DNA of 60,455 nt, the filler included. It is 5 parts of 5 records of this genome, joined end to end, with 100 filler letters (N's around TTAATTAATTAA, not from the genome) between each part and the next. Parts side by side here need not be neighbours in the genome. Positions count along the whole stretch, not along the records: positions 1 to 16,892 come from DRR378314_1880; positions 16,993 to 31,286 come from DRR378314_1881; 3 more parts are not named here. The stretch is one strand, 5' to 3'. Below the pieces are notes generated by a model that saw nothing but the letters and a program-made list of their open reading frames with translations, was not told where the DNA came from and did not search any database. Below, one piece after another: positions 12,390 through 23,560 of this stretch. Numbering within the stretch: the first letter of the stretch is position 1; each line of letters opens with the position of its first letter. The position numbers were made by a program, and so were the translations under genes.

Positions 12390-15065
12390 TTATTCAGCTA
12401 CTAGCGATGCGGGACACTCCACTTTCCCGCGACAGCTCGGACATATAATCTCGACTTGCTCGGTAGCCCCATCGGGTTTGTCTTCCTCGTCAGATGTTAT
12501 CGACATAACATCTAATTTGCTTGCTGGAGTTTTCGATTTTGCGTTGTATGTTCCACCTTGACGCATACGAGCCAACTGCAGGCAGAGAAGAGTACAACAC
12601 GAGCGCGTATTCGGAAACGGTTTGGCCACGTTTCCGTGCGTACGTCGCAAGAGGGCAGCAAGAGATCGCCAAGCGCTCTGCTGCCGCTTGGACGCCTTCT
12701 GAGAGCGCAGCTGCGCGCGCGTCCACAACCAACGCGATACCAACAAACATCCCAACCAGCCCCACCTCCCGTTTATGGATCGTTCTGGCTCACACATAAA
12801 CTCTACCAGAAGTGCATACAGGACGCAGGGATACATAAACAAAGGAAAAAAGAACATGTTCACACTGGGTAAAGGACGCTGTTTGTTGCTAATGGCGCAC
12901 AGGCGCGATTGATTGGAGCGCACGAAGCACAACGGCGCAGAACGGATTGAGAAATGCCGCGTACCGCAATCAGAATATCCGAACGAATGGCGTACACTCG
13001 ATTGTTTGTCGTTTTACGAGACTGAGCAATAAACTCTGATGTGAATATGGCGGTTGGTAGCGCAAACATGAGGACTCCGAACAGGGCAGCAACTGCGCCG
13101 AGAACGCGCCCAACTTCTGTCACCGGAGCGAGGTCGCCGTACCCAACCGAGGTCAGACACGACACACACCACCACAGCGAATCGCTGATAGAGGCGCCAA
13201 TGCGCGACTCATCTTTCGCCTGGTGCTCAGCCCAGTACACCAACGCCGCGATTGTGACAAGGGAGACCAGTACACCAATCACAGAGAGAGTCAATTCACT
13301 CCTTCTTCGTTTCAAAACGGCAAAAACGGGCCGAAAGATCCGCCCCGCGGAGCTGTACCGCGAGAGCTTGAACAGCCGGAGGAGACGGAAACACAGCATC
13401 AGCACCAACAGCTCGTCGCGCACGTTCACCTCGACGCCAGCAAGTGCCAGAGCGTACGAAACCAGGACAGGTAGAATTGCCTACGAACATTGCACATACA
13501 GATACGTCCATGTCACATGTCATGTAAGTCGCGTGATAATACAGGCTGGCTCGCTTCTTCGCTCCTTCGTGTGGGAACAAGAGCTCACACCGTTGGGCGC
13601 TGGAAAGGCGCTGGGCGCGGCTGAGCGTCGCAGCTGCTCGGCGAGATAGAAGCGCGCTCGACCGGCAGACGTGTGGAGGGAACAAACGCACACAACCAAC
13701 CCAGCGCAAGGCCAGAGCACTCGGGAGCACTCAGAAGGTATGTTCTACCTTCCAGCATACATATACTAAACATTCTCTCACTCGCCACGGCCTATTTGTG
13801 GAGCTCGCTCGTGCTGGCGGCGCGCCGACGCAGAGAAGTCGCGCGGCGAGCGCCCACGGAGCAACCGCCGCGCACGCAGCAGCTGCGCGCAAGCACAGCA
13901 GTACGGCAAACAAAGGAAAGAGGGAGAAAAATTACCCTACCACCATTCCAGATACGGAGAGAAATAGATGTAATGATACATAACCATACCAATAGGTCGA
14001 TGATAGCCTCAAAAGTAGTTCCAAAGCGGAGGCGCCCGCGGAATCCGTCTGCATACTCCGAGAAGAACGTGCTGCGGTAGCGTGCGCGTCGCGCACAAGA
14101 TAAACCACGCCGCACGCCCAAGCCAAGCACAAACACACGCGGCCAACCCACAGGACACCCCACCGTCAGCGAAGCCAACCGCGCATGATATGCATATAGG
14201 TTATACAATCACTGTGGGAAAGTTAACACCAATATTCACTGTCACGGGCAAAAAGACGGCGCAGAGTTCGGTTCCAGCGTGGTGCGTGGACGGCAAGCGG
14301 GTGCCCGCGTAGCTGCTGCGACCTGGTGCTGGTGGTGTGGCAGTGCGTTTGCCCGCGCTCTCCGCGTCCACGGGCGCGCCCACGAACCAGGGCGCAGCCC
14401 AACCCGCCGCACACGAAGAACTCAGCTAACCCCCGGCATGCCCATCACTAGCCCCTTCCCATCCTTGTAGGCGGGAATATATGCAAGTGAAAATGAAAGA
14501 GCCAACGGGAATCCGCAACGCGCACAAGCGGGCGCTGGACAGACTATGGAGAGCGCAGGTAAAGCTTCGGCACGCGCGAGATCACCCGCCGACGGGCGCC
14601 GCGCGACGCCACCACGACAACGCACCACACCCAGACACGAGCAACGTATTCCGCTGTAAACACCGTTACAGAAATAGCCTCAATGACATCGAATATCTTT
14701 CGAAATACGTCATCGTCTGCGAGCTCTTCAACAGTCTCAAGCATGACCGAGGCGATGGTGACGAGAATGACTGTGGTAATACCAGCCTCAAACCACTGGT
14801 TTGGGTAAATCTCGTACTGATCCGCCAGGCTCTTCGGCTGCTTCGGCGGTGCGCCCTCGAGGATGGAAAACAGGATCAGCTTCAGCTGGAGCAACGGGCC
14901 AACCTTTCCCCGCGTCGCTGCCATTTTGAATGTTTTTCCTCGCGAAACGCCACCGCTACTTCGCTCCAACTTGCGCTGCATTCGTTTCGCGGCGCCACCA
15001 GCTTTACCATACTCAGGAAGCTCGTCTTGGCGGCCAGCTTGGCCGCCAGCGCGCACAAACGCCAT
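12390..15065 (-). CDS. Spliced 6-TM voltage-gated potassium channel of prokaryotic Kv type (no T1 domain)
   Basis: Phase-consistent exons 15065-14626, 14071-13990 and 13480-12965, plus a likely last exon ending at 12390. They give S1-S2 (FTAEYVARVWVC), GRLRFGTTFEAIIDLLAILP, S4 FRLLRLFKLSRYS, pore SLWWCVSCLTSVGYGDLAPVTEVGR, S6 GVLMFALPTAIF and a tail containing CPSC. Confidence 0.88.
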
Positions 15066-16892
15066 GTCGTAGGTCAGTGCACCACAGCAAGGAACAGCTG
15101 CGATGACAGCGCCGCAGTAGCCGCAAAGCGTCAACAAGAGGAACTGTGCCAGAGCTTCAGCGAGTGGGTCCCGCAACAGGAAACGAGCGAAACACAACAC
15201 AACCACGCGCTTCTTTAAATATATATACAAATATGATCTTCCCGCCAATAATCACAGCCTTATACTATTGTTGCACTTGATGCCGACCATTGAACGTATA
15301 TTTTACCGTGTGATATATGAGCTGTTCCTCGAATCGTTTCACCCTCGTGCGGATCTCTTTCCACACGAGGTGCAAAGATCCGCTACGCGCAAGCGTGGGA
15401 GACTCCGCTTGCTACGTGTTCTCCAGAGCGGAACACAACCAGCGAAAGCCATGGACCAAATCCCAACTTCTGTAGACACGAAGAACTTTGCGGCAGTGCG
15501 TGGCAAATGCGAGGAATTCGCGGGCCGTTGGTTGTTGCTTCTTGTCAATTGCGGAGGAAGGAGTGGTAGATTTTCCGTGGCCCATTGCGGTAGATGGAAG
15601 CGCGAGCAAGAAAAGGTCAAGCGGAAGCATCATTCTTCTCACCATGCGTATCAGATGAATCGCTTCTGGATATCACGAGCGGTCGAAAAAAAGAAGATTC
15701 TCATCAGTGGCTGCGGGATGAGACCAGATTTTCTTTTGTAATCCAATGGGATCGTTTCTTTTACGCAGCGAGCTATCGATGCAGGATCTCCAGTCAGTCG
15801 CTCGGAGCTCCACTGCTGTGTCGACAATGCCAGCAAGGTGCATCACCACAAGAATATTTCCATCCATCCATGGAACGACTGGAAAATGATCATCTTTTCT
15901 CGTGCTATGCCCCATTCCCACCTGCAAGCGCCATCGACGTGCGGATGCAATACATCGCATTGCGTCGCCTCGTATTTGGATGCCGCTTTCTCCAAACCGG
16001 TTTGTCGGCGACATACACCTGCATTTTTCCGCGACGCTCTGGACACAGCGGTACAGGAACCCGCAATCACATCGTCCCGCAAGGTTTCGAAGGAATAAGG
16101 TGCTACAGCACGCGCGGCAGCTTTTCAAAGCCGTACAGCACGGCATCGTTGACCAGAGAACGGCCGTGCGTTTTCGTCTTCGATCACAGTGAAGCCGAGA
16201 GGAAAGGCAAGGGGGCTCAAAAGTGCACTGCTTCAGCAGTATGTATCCGCACCCGCAACACCGTCACCAATGAAAACGGTCGGCGAAATATGGCTCACAG
16301 CGCGCACAGCCAACCGCGGATCGGGACACACTCTCTGCGATCCCACAAATCACGCGAGCGCGGGGGTGGAGGAAAGGACTACAAGCACAGAGCCTTCTCC
16401 TCAGGCACGGAAGCGAAGCAAGGATTTCGCGTCTCTTCTGCTGCGGCTCGAAGCGCAGTGAATCTCCAGCGCAAGGATGCAGCGGCAACTTTGCAAAAGC
16501 AGTACAGCGCATCTCGTTACCTTTTGCTTTCTCCTCTCTGGAGGAGAGAGGTGCAACTCAGGATCGTACTCTGGTCGAGAGCAGTCGATCTTGTCCTAAA
16601 TCTTCGCGTTGCTGGGCTCATTCGCGTATAGAATGCCTAAAATCTTAGCGTCACGATTTCTTTCGTTTCCCAGCGTCCCAGAAAGGAAGGATATGATCCA
16701 AAATATGCTGCAATTAGAGGAAAAGGATTCTACATGGTCTCCCACGGCAGGAATGACCCAAAGTTGAAAGAGTATCTGGCGGGAGCTAGACTGTGTAGGA
16801 CGATGGACTGCGAGAACAAGGAATGGCGAGCCAAAACCATTCTCTGCCAGGTTGTCCAAGCGTCAGTGTTGTAAAAATAAATTCCACTGGAA

Positions 16893-16992
16893 NNNNNNNN
16901 NNNNNNNNNNNNNNNNNNNNNNNNNNNNNNNNNNNNTTAATTAATTAANNNNNNNNNNNNNNNNNNNNNNNNNNNNNNNNNNNNNNNNNNNN
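16893..16992. other. Artificial contig linker (44N-TTAATTAATTAA-44N)
   Basis: Identical 100-bp spacer with stop codons in all six frames. Confidence 0.99.
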
Positions 16993-17142
16993 CGTCAATG
17001 GTCAAAAGTTTGCAACAGAACCCCACCCTGTCAGGAGGCCAGCCACCAAGTCATTGCGATGATCGTAGTGTTTTCCATGAAACACTGACTATCGTCTGCG
17101 AGATTACTGGTCAATCAAATGGTAGAAGGGGCTCGAGGCTGA

Positions 17143-17264
17143 CGGCCCATAGCGGTCACTCGGCATTATGCCGAAATGCTGCGGTTGCAGCCCGCTTTCC
17201 GGACATTCGCCGCTTTAGCAAAACCTCGAGCTAAACGAACTTATAGCAAACGGACGCAGTGACC
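17143..17264 (+). repeat. Dispersed intergenic repeat R1, copy A
   Basis: Boxes CGGCCC(+0), GCTGCGG(+35), CATTCGC(+61), GCAAAA(+75), CGAAC(+93), CGGAC(+108). Ends 8 bp from the vWA gene stop. Confidence 0.85.
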
Positions 17265-17272
17265 GAAAACGC

Positions 17273-19825
17273 TTACTTCACTTCGATCGTCTTCCGCGCA
17301 AGAACTGCCTGGTTCGAAAGGTCCAAAAAGCGTATCTCGTAGACACCCGGCTCTTGCGGGAGCGCCACGGAAATGGGTGGTTCACCGGTGATCTTCGTGG
17401 CCGAAATCCAGGTAAAGATCGCCTGATCACCGCGCGCGAGCGTTATTCTCTGATCCGCGCTATCGTTTTCGACGCTCCATCTAACTTCAATGGTCGAGCC
17501 AGGTGCTCCGGAATCAGGTGCGGAAATTTCCCCTCCGGTGTTCAGTTGCGCATCTGCCGCCAAAACTTCCACCGTCTGCCGTGCCAAGACCTTACTCCCC
17601 TCGCGGAGCAGATAGCGCACTTCGTATAGGCCCGTCTCGTCTGGTGCCGTCATGTCATGCTCTGAGTTGCCCCTCACCTGCGTGTAGACACCGAATTCGT
17701 CGTCCGGCGTCCCAAGCGGCACAAGGTTCACGTAGTCGCGGCTGTTGACCGTTCCCGTCCATGTCACGCGCAGTGTATCCCCGGCACGGACCTCAGCCGC
17801 CGCTGTGATCGTCACTTCAGGTTCGGTGACCTCGACGGGCACACTTGCGATTGTTTTCGCGCCTTCGCGCAGAATGTAGCGCACCTCGTATGTACCGGGT
17901 GCCGATGGTGCCTGCACATTCCCGCTCGCAGCGTTCCGAACCACAATATAGTTTCCGAATTCGCCCTCATCGGCCCCCATCGGTACGATGCCGACGTAAT
18001 CCTGATTGCTGACAGTTTTGGTCCAGGAGACTTCGAATTCGCTACCCGCGACGATCATGTCCGGAACGTTGAGCGTGACCTCAGGTTCGGTGATCTCTAT
18101 CATCGCGGTCGCCATTGTTTTGGCTCCTTCGCGGAGGATGTAGCGCAATTCGTAGAGGCCAGGATCGGCCTGCGCCGTCAGAGTTCCGGAAGTACCATCG
18201 TGCACAACTAGGTAGTTTCCGTACACGCCTTCATCGGAACCGGCAGGTACGATGGCGACATAGTCCTGCGTGTTGACCGTGCCCGTCCAGGTTACTTTGA
18301 ATTTCTCACCAGTCGAGACGGATTCCGGTCCGACGATGGTGATCTCCGGAGCCTCGACTTCGATCAGCTCGCTCGCCAGCGTCCGCGCGCCCTCGCGAAG
18401 AACGTATCGCACCTCGTACATGCCGGTCTCGGCAGGAGCCTTTAAAACTCCTTTGTTGGTGTCACGGACAACGATGTAGTTGCCGAACTCGCCCTCGGCG
18501 GCGCCCATCGGAACGATGTTGATGTAATCCTGCTGGCTGACAGCCGCCGACCACGCGACGTCGAATTTCGACCCCGTCAGCGTCGAACCCGGCACCTGCA
18601 GCGTCACTTGTGGGGATGTGACCTCGATCTGGCGAGTGGCGACAGTGCGCTTGTCGACGTTTAGGATATAGCGCACTTCGTAAAGACCCGGATCAGCCTG
18701 TGCGGTCAGAGCGAGTTCGGTATTTGTGCCGATCCTCTGATAGTTGCCGAAAGTGCCGGGGTCAGAGCCGGCGGGAACGATGGCGACATAGTCGGCCACA
18801 TTGATCGTTGGCATCCAGGAAACGCCAAACCTTGCCCCTGTTTCCACACTGTCGGGAGCGGTAAGGTCAACAGTCGCTTCGGCCACTTCAATGCTGTCCT
18901 GGCCCAGAACGTCTTTCGTCTGGTTGTGCAGGTAGCGCACTTCGTAGATGCCTTCGTCGCCGGGCGCCATCAGGGTAACCTCGGTGGCGTTGCCGATCCG
19001 TGCATAGATTCCAAAAACGTTGGCATCGGTGCCGACGGGTACGATGTTGATATAGTCGGCTTCGGCCACTGTTGGCGTCCAGGTAACGTCGATGTTTGAG
19101 CCGGCGATTGCGGTATCGGGCGCATCGACCGCGACCTGCGGCGCTTGAGATTCAGGCTCGGGTCCCGGTTCAGGCGCGACTTCGGGCTCGGCCAGAGCGA
19201 CGGCCGTACTTACCGCACTAAAGGCCGCACCCAATTCGGTGGCATTGGTGGCAGTGATGTACTGTCCGCCTGTGTTCTCGGCGATGCACGACAGCGAGCT
19301 TGCGTCCTCATCGCTTCCAAGACCGAAGCCGACCACATGCACGGTGAAGCCGACACCGCTTTGCTCAAGCTTTTTCGCCAGAGCACAGGGATCGCGATCA
19401 CAGCTTTCCAAACCATCCGAGATCAAAACGACCGTTGCCGGAGTGTCAGCATAGGACAGCGCGATGGCCGCCTGCTCGACGGCATCGGTGAGAGGCGTTT
19501 TGCCGGTTGGTTTCACGTCTTGGGTTCTTTCAAGGATCGTCTCACGTGATGCCTGGCCTGGTTCAACCAACACCTCGATATCTCCACAATCGCCACGGCG
19601 GCGGTGGCCGTAAGCCATCAAACCGACCTGCCGTTCATCCGCCCAATCGCCGAGGAGGCTACCCATCGCGGCGCGGGCAATTTCTACCTTCGCAACCCCT
19701 TCGATTTGGCCCCACATGGAATTCGACCCGTCAAAAACTACCATGACGTTTTCGTCTCCCCAGGCGGATGTACCCAGCGAAAGCGAGATGCAGGTCACGA
19801 TTTTACAAAGACAAAGGCGTCGCAC
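17273..19825 (-). CDS. Exported vWA-domain protein with six tandem 88-aa beta-rich repeats plus a divergent seventh
   Basis: GGAGG RBS before GTG at 19825; signal-peptide-like N-terminus; MIDAS DGSNS, GKTPL and LISDGLESC; repeats of pattern APD..G..F.V.W...DY..IVP.G...G.Y...G.YEVRY. Confidence 0.9.
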   Translation of the reverse strand: MRRLCLCKIVTCISLSLGTSAWGDENVMVVFDGSNSMWGQIEGVAKVEIARAAMGSLLGDWADERQVGLMAYGHRRRGDCGDIEVLVEPGQASRETILERTQDVKPTGKTPLTDAVEQAAIALSYADTPATVVLISDGLESCDRDPCALAKKLEQSGVGFTVHVVGFGLGSDEDASSLSCIAENTGGQYITATNATELGAAFSAVSTAVALAEPEVAPEPGPEPESQAPQVAVDAPDTAIAGSNIDVTWTPTVAEADYINIVPVGTDANVFGIYARIGNATEVTLMAPGDEGIYEVRYLHNQTKDVLGQDSIEVAEATVDLTAPDSVETGARFGVSWMPTINVADYVAIVPAGSDPGTFGNYQRIGTNTELALTAQADPGLYEVRYILNVDKRTVATRQIEVTSPQVTLQVPGSTLTGSKFDVAWSAAVSQQDYINIVPMGAAEGEFGNYIVVRDTNKGVLKAPAETGMYEVRYVLREGARTLASELIEVEAPEITIVGPESVSTGEKFKVTWTGTVNTQDYVAIVPAGSDEGVYGNYLVVHDGTSGTLTAQADPGLYELRYILREGAKTMATAMIEITEPEVTLNVPDMIVAGSEFEVSWTKTVSNQDYVGIVPMGADEGEFGNYIVVRNAASGNVQAPSAPGTYEVRYILREGAKTIASVPVEVTEPEVTITAAAEVRAGDTLRVTWTGTVNSRDYVNLVPLGTPDDEFGVYTQVRGNSEHDMTAPDETGLYEVRYLLREGSKVLARQTVEVLAADAQLNTGGEISAPDSGAPGSTIEVRWSVENDSADQRITLARGDQAIFTWISATKITGEPPISVALPQEPGVYEIRFLDLSNQAVLARKTIEVK

Positions 19826-19926
19826 GGTTGGCCTCCAATACTCAAAATACAATGATCTCTGAGACTATGCACCGTCTCGCAGTTTTCGCCAATGGTTCCT
19901 GCAAGTGAACGCCACGCTCGATTTTC

Positions 19927-20059
19927 CGGCCCAGAGCTGCCGCGCACCACCGGTCTCCGCCGCTGCGTTGCCGCTCGTGAGTCCGGACATGCGCTGCGCC
20001 TGCTAAATCGGGCGGCTTTCGAATTCACACTGAGCGGGACAAAGTTCGCTTTCGCTGCG
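19927..20059 (+). repeat. Dispersed intergenic repeat R1, copy B
   Basis: CGGCCC(+0), GCTGCGT(+35), CATGCGC(+61), GCTAAATC(+75), CGAAT(+93), CGGGAC(+108), then TTCGCTGCG. Confidence 0.85.
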
Positions 20060-20422
20060 GGGCTTATGGGCTGGTCAAAGACGTTTTGCAACTAATGGAA
20101 TTAGTGGAGTTACATGGGTGTGGGCCAGCCCTGACCCGTGTGCAGATGCCTGAACATCCGCAAATCCACACGAACAAAACCTAGTTGGAATTTGATCATC
20201 CATTGGCTGGCCGACTGCGGCAGGCAGATGCTGTGGTCCAGTTCTCGAAAACTCCCACCACGATACGATTTGGTGCCCCCGCTTATGGCACAGATACCGA
20301 ATCTGTTCTTGCCGAGCTCGGTGTAAAAAAGTGAACTCGCGCCAACGCAATTCAGTGAGAGCATCGTAACATGCTGAATAAAAACACTTGTTAAGGAGAG
20401 TGAAAAAGGGTTGTAATGTTGC

Positions 20423-20440
20423 CTACCTATCGATAGGTAG
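20423..20440. promoter_or_regulatory. Perfect 18-bp palindrome CTACCTATCGATAGGTAG, probable TetR operator
   Basis: Exact inverted repeat 36 bp upstream of the GST start codon. The downstream gene cluster encodes a TetR regulator. Confidence 0.75.
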
Positions 20441-20476
20441 TTGACAAGAAACGCAAACCCCTACGGAGGTACTCAG

Positions 20477-21097
20477 ATGAAGATTTATGATGTCGAAGGG
20501 TTCCCGAACCCTGCCCGTATCCGCATCGCACTGGCTGAAAAAGGCGCGTCAGACAAGGTTGAATTCATCCCTGTGGATGTGATGGGTGGCGAACACCGCA
20601 CGCCCGAATTCAAAGCCAAGAACCCCGATGCTGCGGTGCCTTGTCTGGAACTGGAAGATGGTTCGCATATCGCTCAGTGCAACGCGATTACTGAATATAT
20701 TGACGCAGCCTTCGATGGCCCATCATTGACCGGCGTGACTGCGCAAGAGCGTGCCCGCATCTCGATGATGAACCTGCGCGTGGAAAACGGTCTGTTGAAT
20801 GCGGTAGGCGCCTACTTCCACCACGCTACACCTGGGCTGGGCCCCGACCTTGAAACTTATCAATGCGCCGAATGGGGCAATAAGCAGAAAGAGGTCGCCG
20901 GAAACACAATGGCCTATCTGGACTCGGTTCTCGCCGAAAATGAATACTTGGCCGGAGACACATTCTCGGTAGCTGATATCACCGCCTTTGCAGGATTGGC
21001 GTTCGCCGATTTTGCCAAAGTTGAAATTCCTGAAACCCTGACCAACCTTCAGGCGTGGCGTGCTAAGATGGCGGCCCGTCCATCTATCGCCGCCTAA
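20477..21097 (+). CDS. Glutathione S-transferase (GTT2-like)
   Basis: GGAGG RBS and ATG at 20477; FPNPARIRIALAEKG, KNPDAAVPCLELEDG, YLAGDTFSVADIT. Confidence 0.92.
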   Translation: MKIYDVEGFPNPARIRIALAEKGASDKVEFIPVDVMGGEHRTPEFKAKNPDAAVPCLELEDGSHIAQCNAITEYIDAAFDGPSLTGVTAQERARISMMNLRVENGLLNAVGAYFHHATPGLGPDLETYQCAEWGNKQKEVAGNTMAYLDSVLAENEYLAGDTFSVADITAFAGLAFADFAKVEIPETLTNLQAWRAKMAARPSIAA

Positions 21098-21133
21098 GCG
21101 AGAACTGCCATTCAAGTCGAAAGGACCTCTCCC

Positions 21134-21802
21134 ATGGAGCTCAACTCGGACTTCTCTTCCCGTGTCGTTGTTCACTCTGACCAGCTTGAGTGGCAGGCCT
21201 CGCCCATCAAGGGCGTGGACCGGCGCATGCTGGACCGAATTGGTGGCGAAGTCGCCCGCGCCACCACCATTGTGCGCTATGCACCGGGCAGCAAGTTTTC
21301 GGCCCACACCCATACAGGCGGTGAAGAGTTCATCGTGCTTGATGGAGTGTTTCAGGATGAGCATGGCAATTTTCCCGAAGGCACCTATGTGCGCAATCCT
21401 CCGACAACCGAGCATACGCCCAGTTCAGAACCAGGCTGCACGATCTTCGTCAAACTCTGGCAGTTCGACATGGATGACCGCAATCAGTTCCGCAAAACCA
21501 TGGCCGACGAACTGGCCGCACCCGTGAACGGGATTGCCACTGCGACCCTGCACAAGGATGACCGCGAGGTTGTCACTTACAGCCATGTTGATGCAGGCAC
21601 CGAGGTTACCTCGGATGCGCCAGGTGGTATCGAACTGTTGATGATTGGCGGATCGCTGACCTCAGGTGACGACGTTCTGAAAAAGAACGACTGGTTGCGC
21701 CTGCCCGAAGGTGAAGCGCTGTCTGCAGTTGCGGGTCCGGACGGGGCGAAGGTCTGGATGAAAACCGGCCACCTGCCTTTTGCACAACCACCGGCGGTGT
21801 GA
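21134..21802 (+). CDS. ChrR-like double cupin protein
   Basis: [61 protein letters not shown]. Confidence 0.9.
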   Translation: MELNSDFSSRVVVHSDQLEWQASPIKGVDRRMLDRIGGEVARATTIVRYAPGSKFSAHTHTGGEEFIVLDGVFQDEHGNFPEGTYVRNPPTTEHTPSSEPGCTIFVKLWQFDMDDRNQFRKTMADELAAPVNGIATATLHKDDREVVTYSHVDAGTEVTSDAPGGIELLMIGGSLTSGDDVLKKNDWLRLPEGEALSAVAGPDGAKVWMKTGHLPFAQPPAV

Positions 21803-21805
21803 TTC

Positions 21806-22489
21806 ATGAATTCTGACAAACCTCTGGCGATTGTCGCCGGTGCGGGGGCTGGCCTTGGCCAGTCACTTCTTGCGCGGTTTCAGGCGGGTGGCATGACTGC
21901 CATTGGTCTGGGGCGGACGCAGCCGCAGGAAACGATCGCGCCGTTTCATCAGGTCGATCTGTCCGATCCGAGTGCGGTTGCGCCAGTGATTTCCGAAATG
22001 ATCGCTGCGCAAGGACCACCGAAGATCGTGGTGCACAATACAGCTGAGCTGGTGATCGCACCTTTCCCCGAAACCACATTGGAGGACTACCAGAGAACGT
22101 GGACGTCGATGGTGCAGTCTCTGGTCGTGCTGGGGCAATGTGTTCTGCAACCGATGGTGCGCGGCGGTGGTGGCGCGCTGATCGTTTCCGGGGCCACAGC
22201 GTCGCTGCGCGGCGGCCCACGGTTTTCCGCTTTTGCGTCGGCCAAGTTCGCCTTGCGCGGGCTGACACAGTCGCTGGCACGTGAATATCAACCGGCTGGT
22301 GTACATGTCTCGCACGTCGTTCTGGACGGGATCATCGATACTCCCCGCTCGCGGGATTTGCACTCGCTGGATCCGTCGAAAATGATGAAACCGGACGAGA
22401 TTTCCGAGACCTACTGGCAGCTGGCTCATCAACCGCAATCCACCTGGACCCATGAGCTGGACCTGCGCCCGGCATCTGAGGGGTTCTGA
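21806..22489 (+). CDS. Short-chain dehydrogenase/reductase with F in place of the catalytic Y (FASAK)
   Basis: GAGAGLG Rossmann motif; SGATASLRG..FSAFASAKFALRGL; GVHVSHVVLDGII; WTHELDLRP. Confidence 0.9.
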   Translation: MNSDKPLAIVAGAGAGLGQSLLARFQAGGMTAIGLGRTQPQETIAPFHQVDLSDPSAVAPVISEMIAAQGPPKIVVHNTAELVIAPFPETTLEDYQRTWTSMVQSLVVLGQCVLQPMVRGGGGALIVSGATASLRGGPRFSAFASAKFALRGLTQSLAREYQPAGVHVSHVVLDGIIDTPRSRDLHSLDPSKMMKPDEISETYWQLAHQPQSTWTHELDLRPASEGF

Positions 22490-22492
22490 TCG

Positions 22493-23554
22493 ATGCAGAC
22501 GCAAACTGTGATCATTGGCGCAGGCCTTTCTGGCCTCTGCCTTGCGCGACAGCTACAGGCACAAAACCATGACTACCTGCTGATCGAAGCGCGGGGTCGT
22601 CCGGGCGGACGTATCCTGACGGAAAGGCTGGAGGGTGGGTATTTCGACATGGGTCCGGCCTGGTTCTGGCCCGGACAACCGCGCATTGCAGCGTTGATAA
22701 AACGGCTCGGACTGGAGTGGTTCGAGCAATATTCAACAGGCGCGCTCAGCTTTGAAAACGAGATCGGCCAGGTCGAGCGCGATCGCGGGTTTGCCTCGAT
22801 GCAAGGATCTTATCGCTTGAAAGGTGGTCTGGGCGCCCTCACTGATGCGCTTGCCGCTGAGATACCACCGAAGCGGCTCATCTTATCCGCGCCTATCGTC
22901 GGGTTAGAGAAGTCTGCGTCTGGGATCACCGCGACCGCTCAAACTGGGCAGGTCATCCATGCTCAGGAAGTCGTACTGGCCCTCCCTCCTCGCGTGGCGA
23001 GCAAGATCGCGTTCTCACCTGCTTTACCAGATGAAGCTTTATCGGCGATGACTGGGATCGCAACATGGATGGCCGGACAGGCCAAAGCAATCGCTGTCTA
23101 TGATACCCCTTTCTGGCGCACGGCCGGGTTGTCCGGTGACGCGATGAGCCGCAGGGGGCCGATGGTGGAAATACACGACGCATGCCCTGCCGAGGGCGGA
23201 CCTTACGCGTTGTTTGGCTTTATCGGCTTGCCCCCCCGCGCCCGCAGCAATGAAGAACGGCTGCGGCAGGCGCTTAAAGAGCAACTGGCCCGGCTGTTTG
23301 GCGCTGAAGCTGCGGAGCCAAAGACACTCTTGGTCAAAGATTGGGCCTTCGATCTGTTCACCTCTATCGAAGCGGATCAACAGCCGTTATACGCTCATCC
23401 GCAATACGGGCTGCCCCATGCGATGACCCGCCTGTGGGATGGCCGACTGATCTTTGGCGGGACCGAGGTTGCGCCACAGTTCGGGGGTTATATCGAAGGC
23501 GCTCTGGAGGCTGCGGACAACGCGCTGGCCCTGGTCATGACGGAAAAGGTTTGA
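22493..23554 (+). CDS. Flavin monoamine oxidase family protein
   Basis: IIGAGLSGL, EARGRPGGRI, DMGPAWFWP, C-terminal GTE..GGYIEGALEA. Confidence 0.9.
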   Translation: MQTQTVIIGAGLSGLCLARQLQAQNHDYLLIEARGRPGGRILTERLEGGYFDMGPAWFWPGQPRIAALIKRLGLEWFEQYSTGALSFENEIGQVERDRGFASMQGSYRLKGGLGALTDALAAEIPPKRLILSAPIVGLEKSASGITATAQTGQVIHAQEVVLALPPRVASKIAFSPALPDEALSAMTGIATWMAGQAKAIAVYDTPFWRTAGLSGDAMSRRGPMVEIHDACPAEGGPYALFGFIGLPPRARSNEERLRQALKEQLARLFGAEAAEPKTLLVKDWAFDLFTSIEADQQPLYAHPQYGLPHAMTRLWDGRLIFGGTEVAPQFGGYIEGALEAADNALALVMTEKV

Positions 23555-23560
23555 GCACGT

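Noticed and set aside
15268-16892. 345-aa ORF 15594..16631 and neighbours as a gene or decayed retroelement
   Set aside because: No RT, integrase or other motif recognised; composition looks non-coding.
16937-16948. TTAATTAATTAA palindrome recurring four times
   Set aside because: Centre of an artificial N-padded linker with six-frame stops; not biological.
16860-17000. Bacteria-to-eukaryote HGT suggested by adjacency of bacterial and eukaryotic genes
   Set aside because: Every transition coincides with a linker, so there is no physical linkage evidence.
20075-20364. Small ORFs between R1-B and the GST promoter
   Set aside because: No RBS or recognisable domain.
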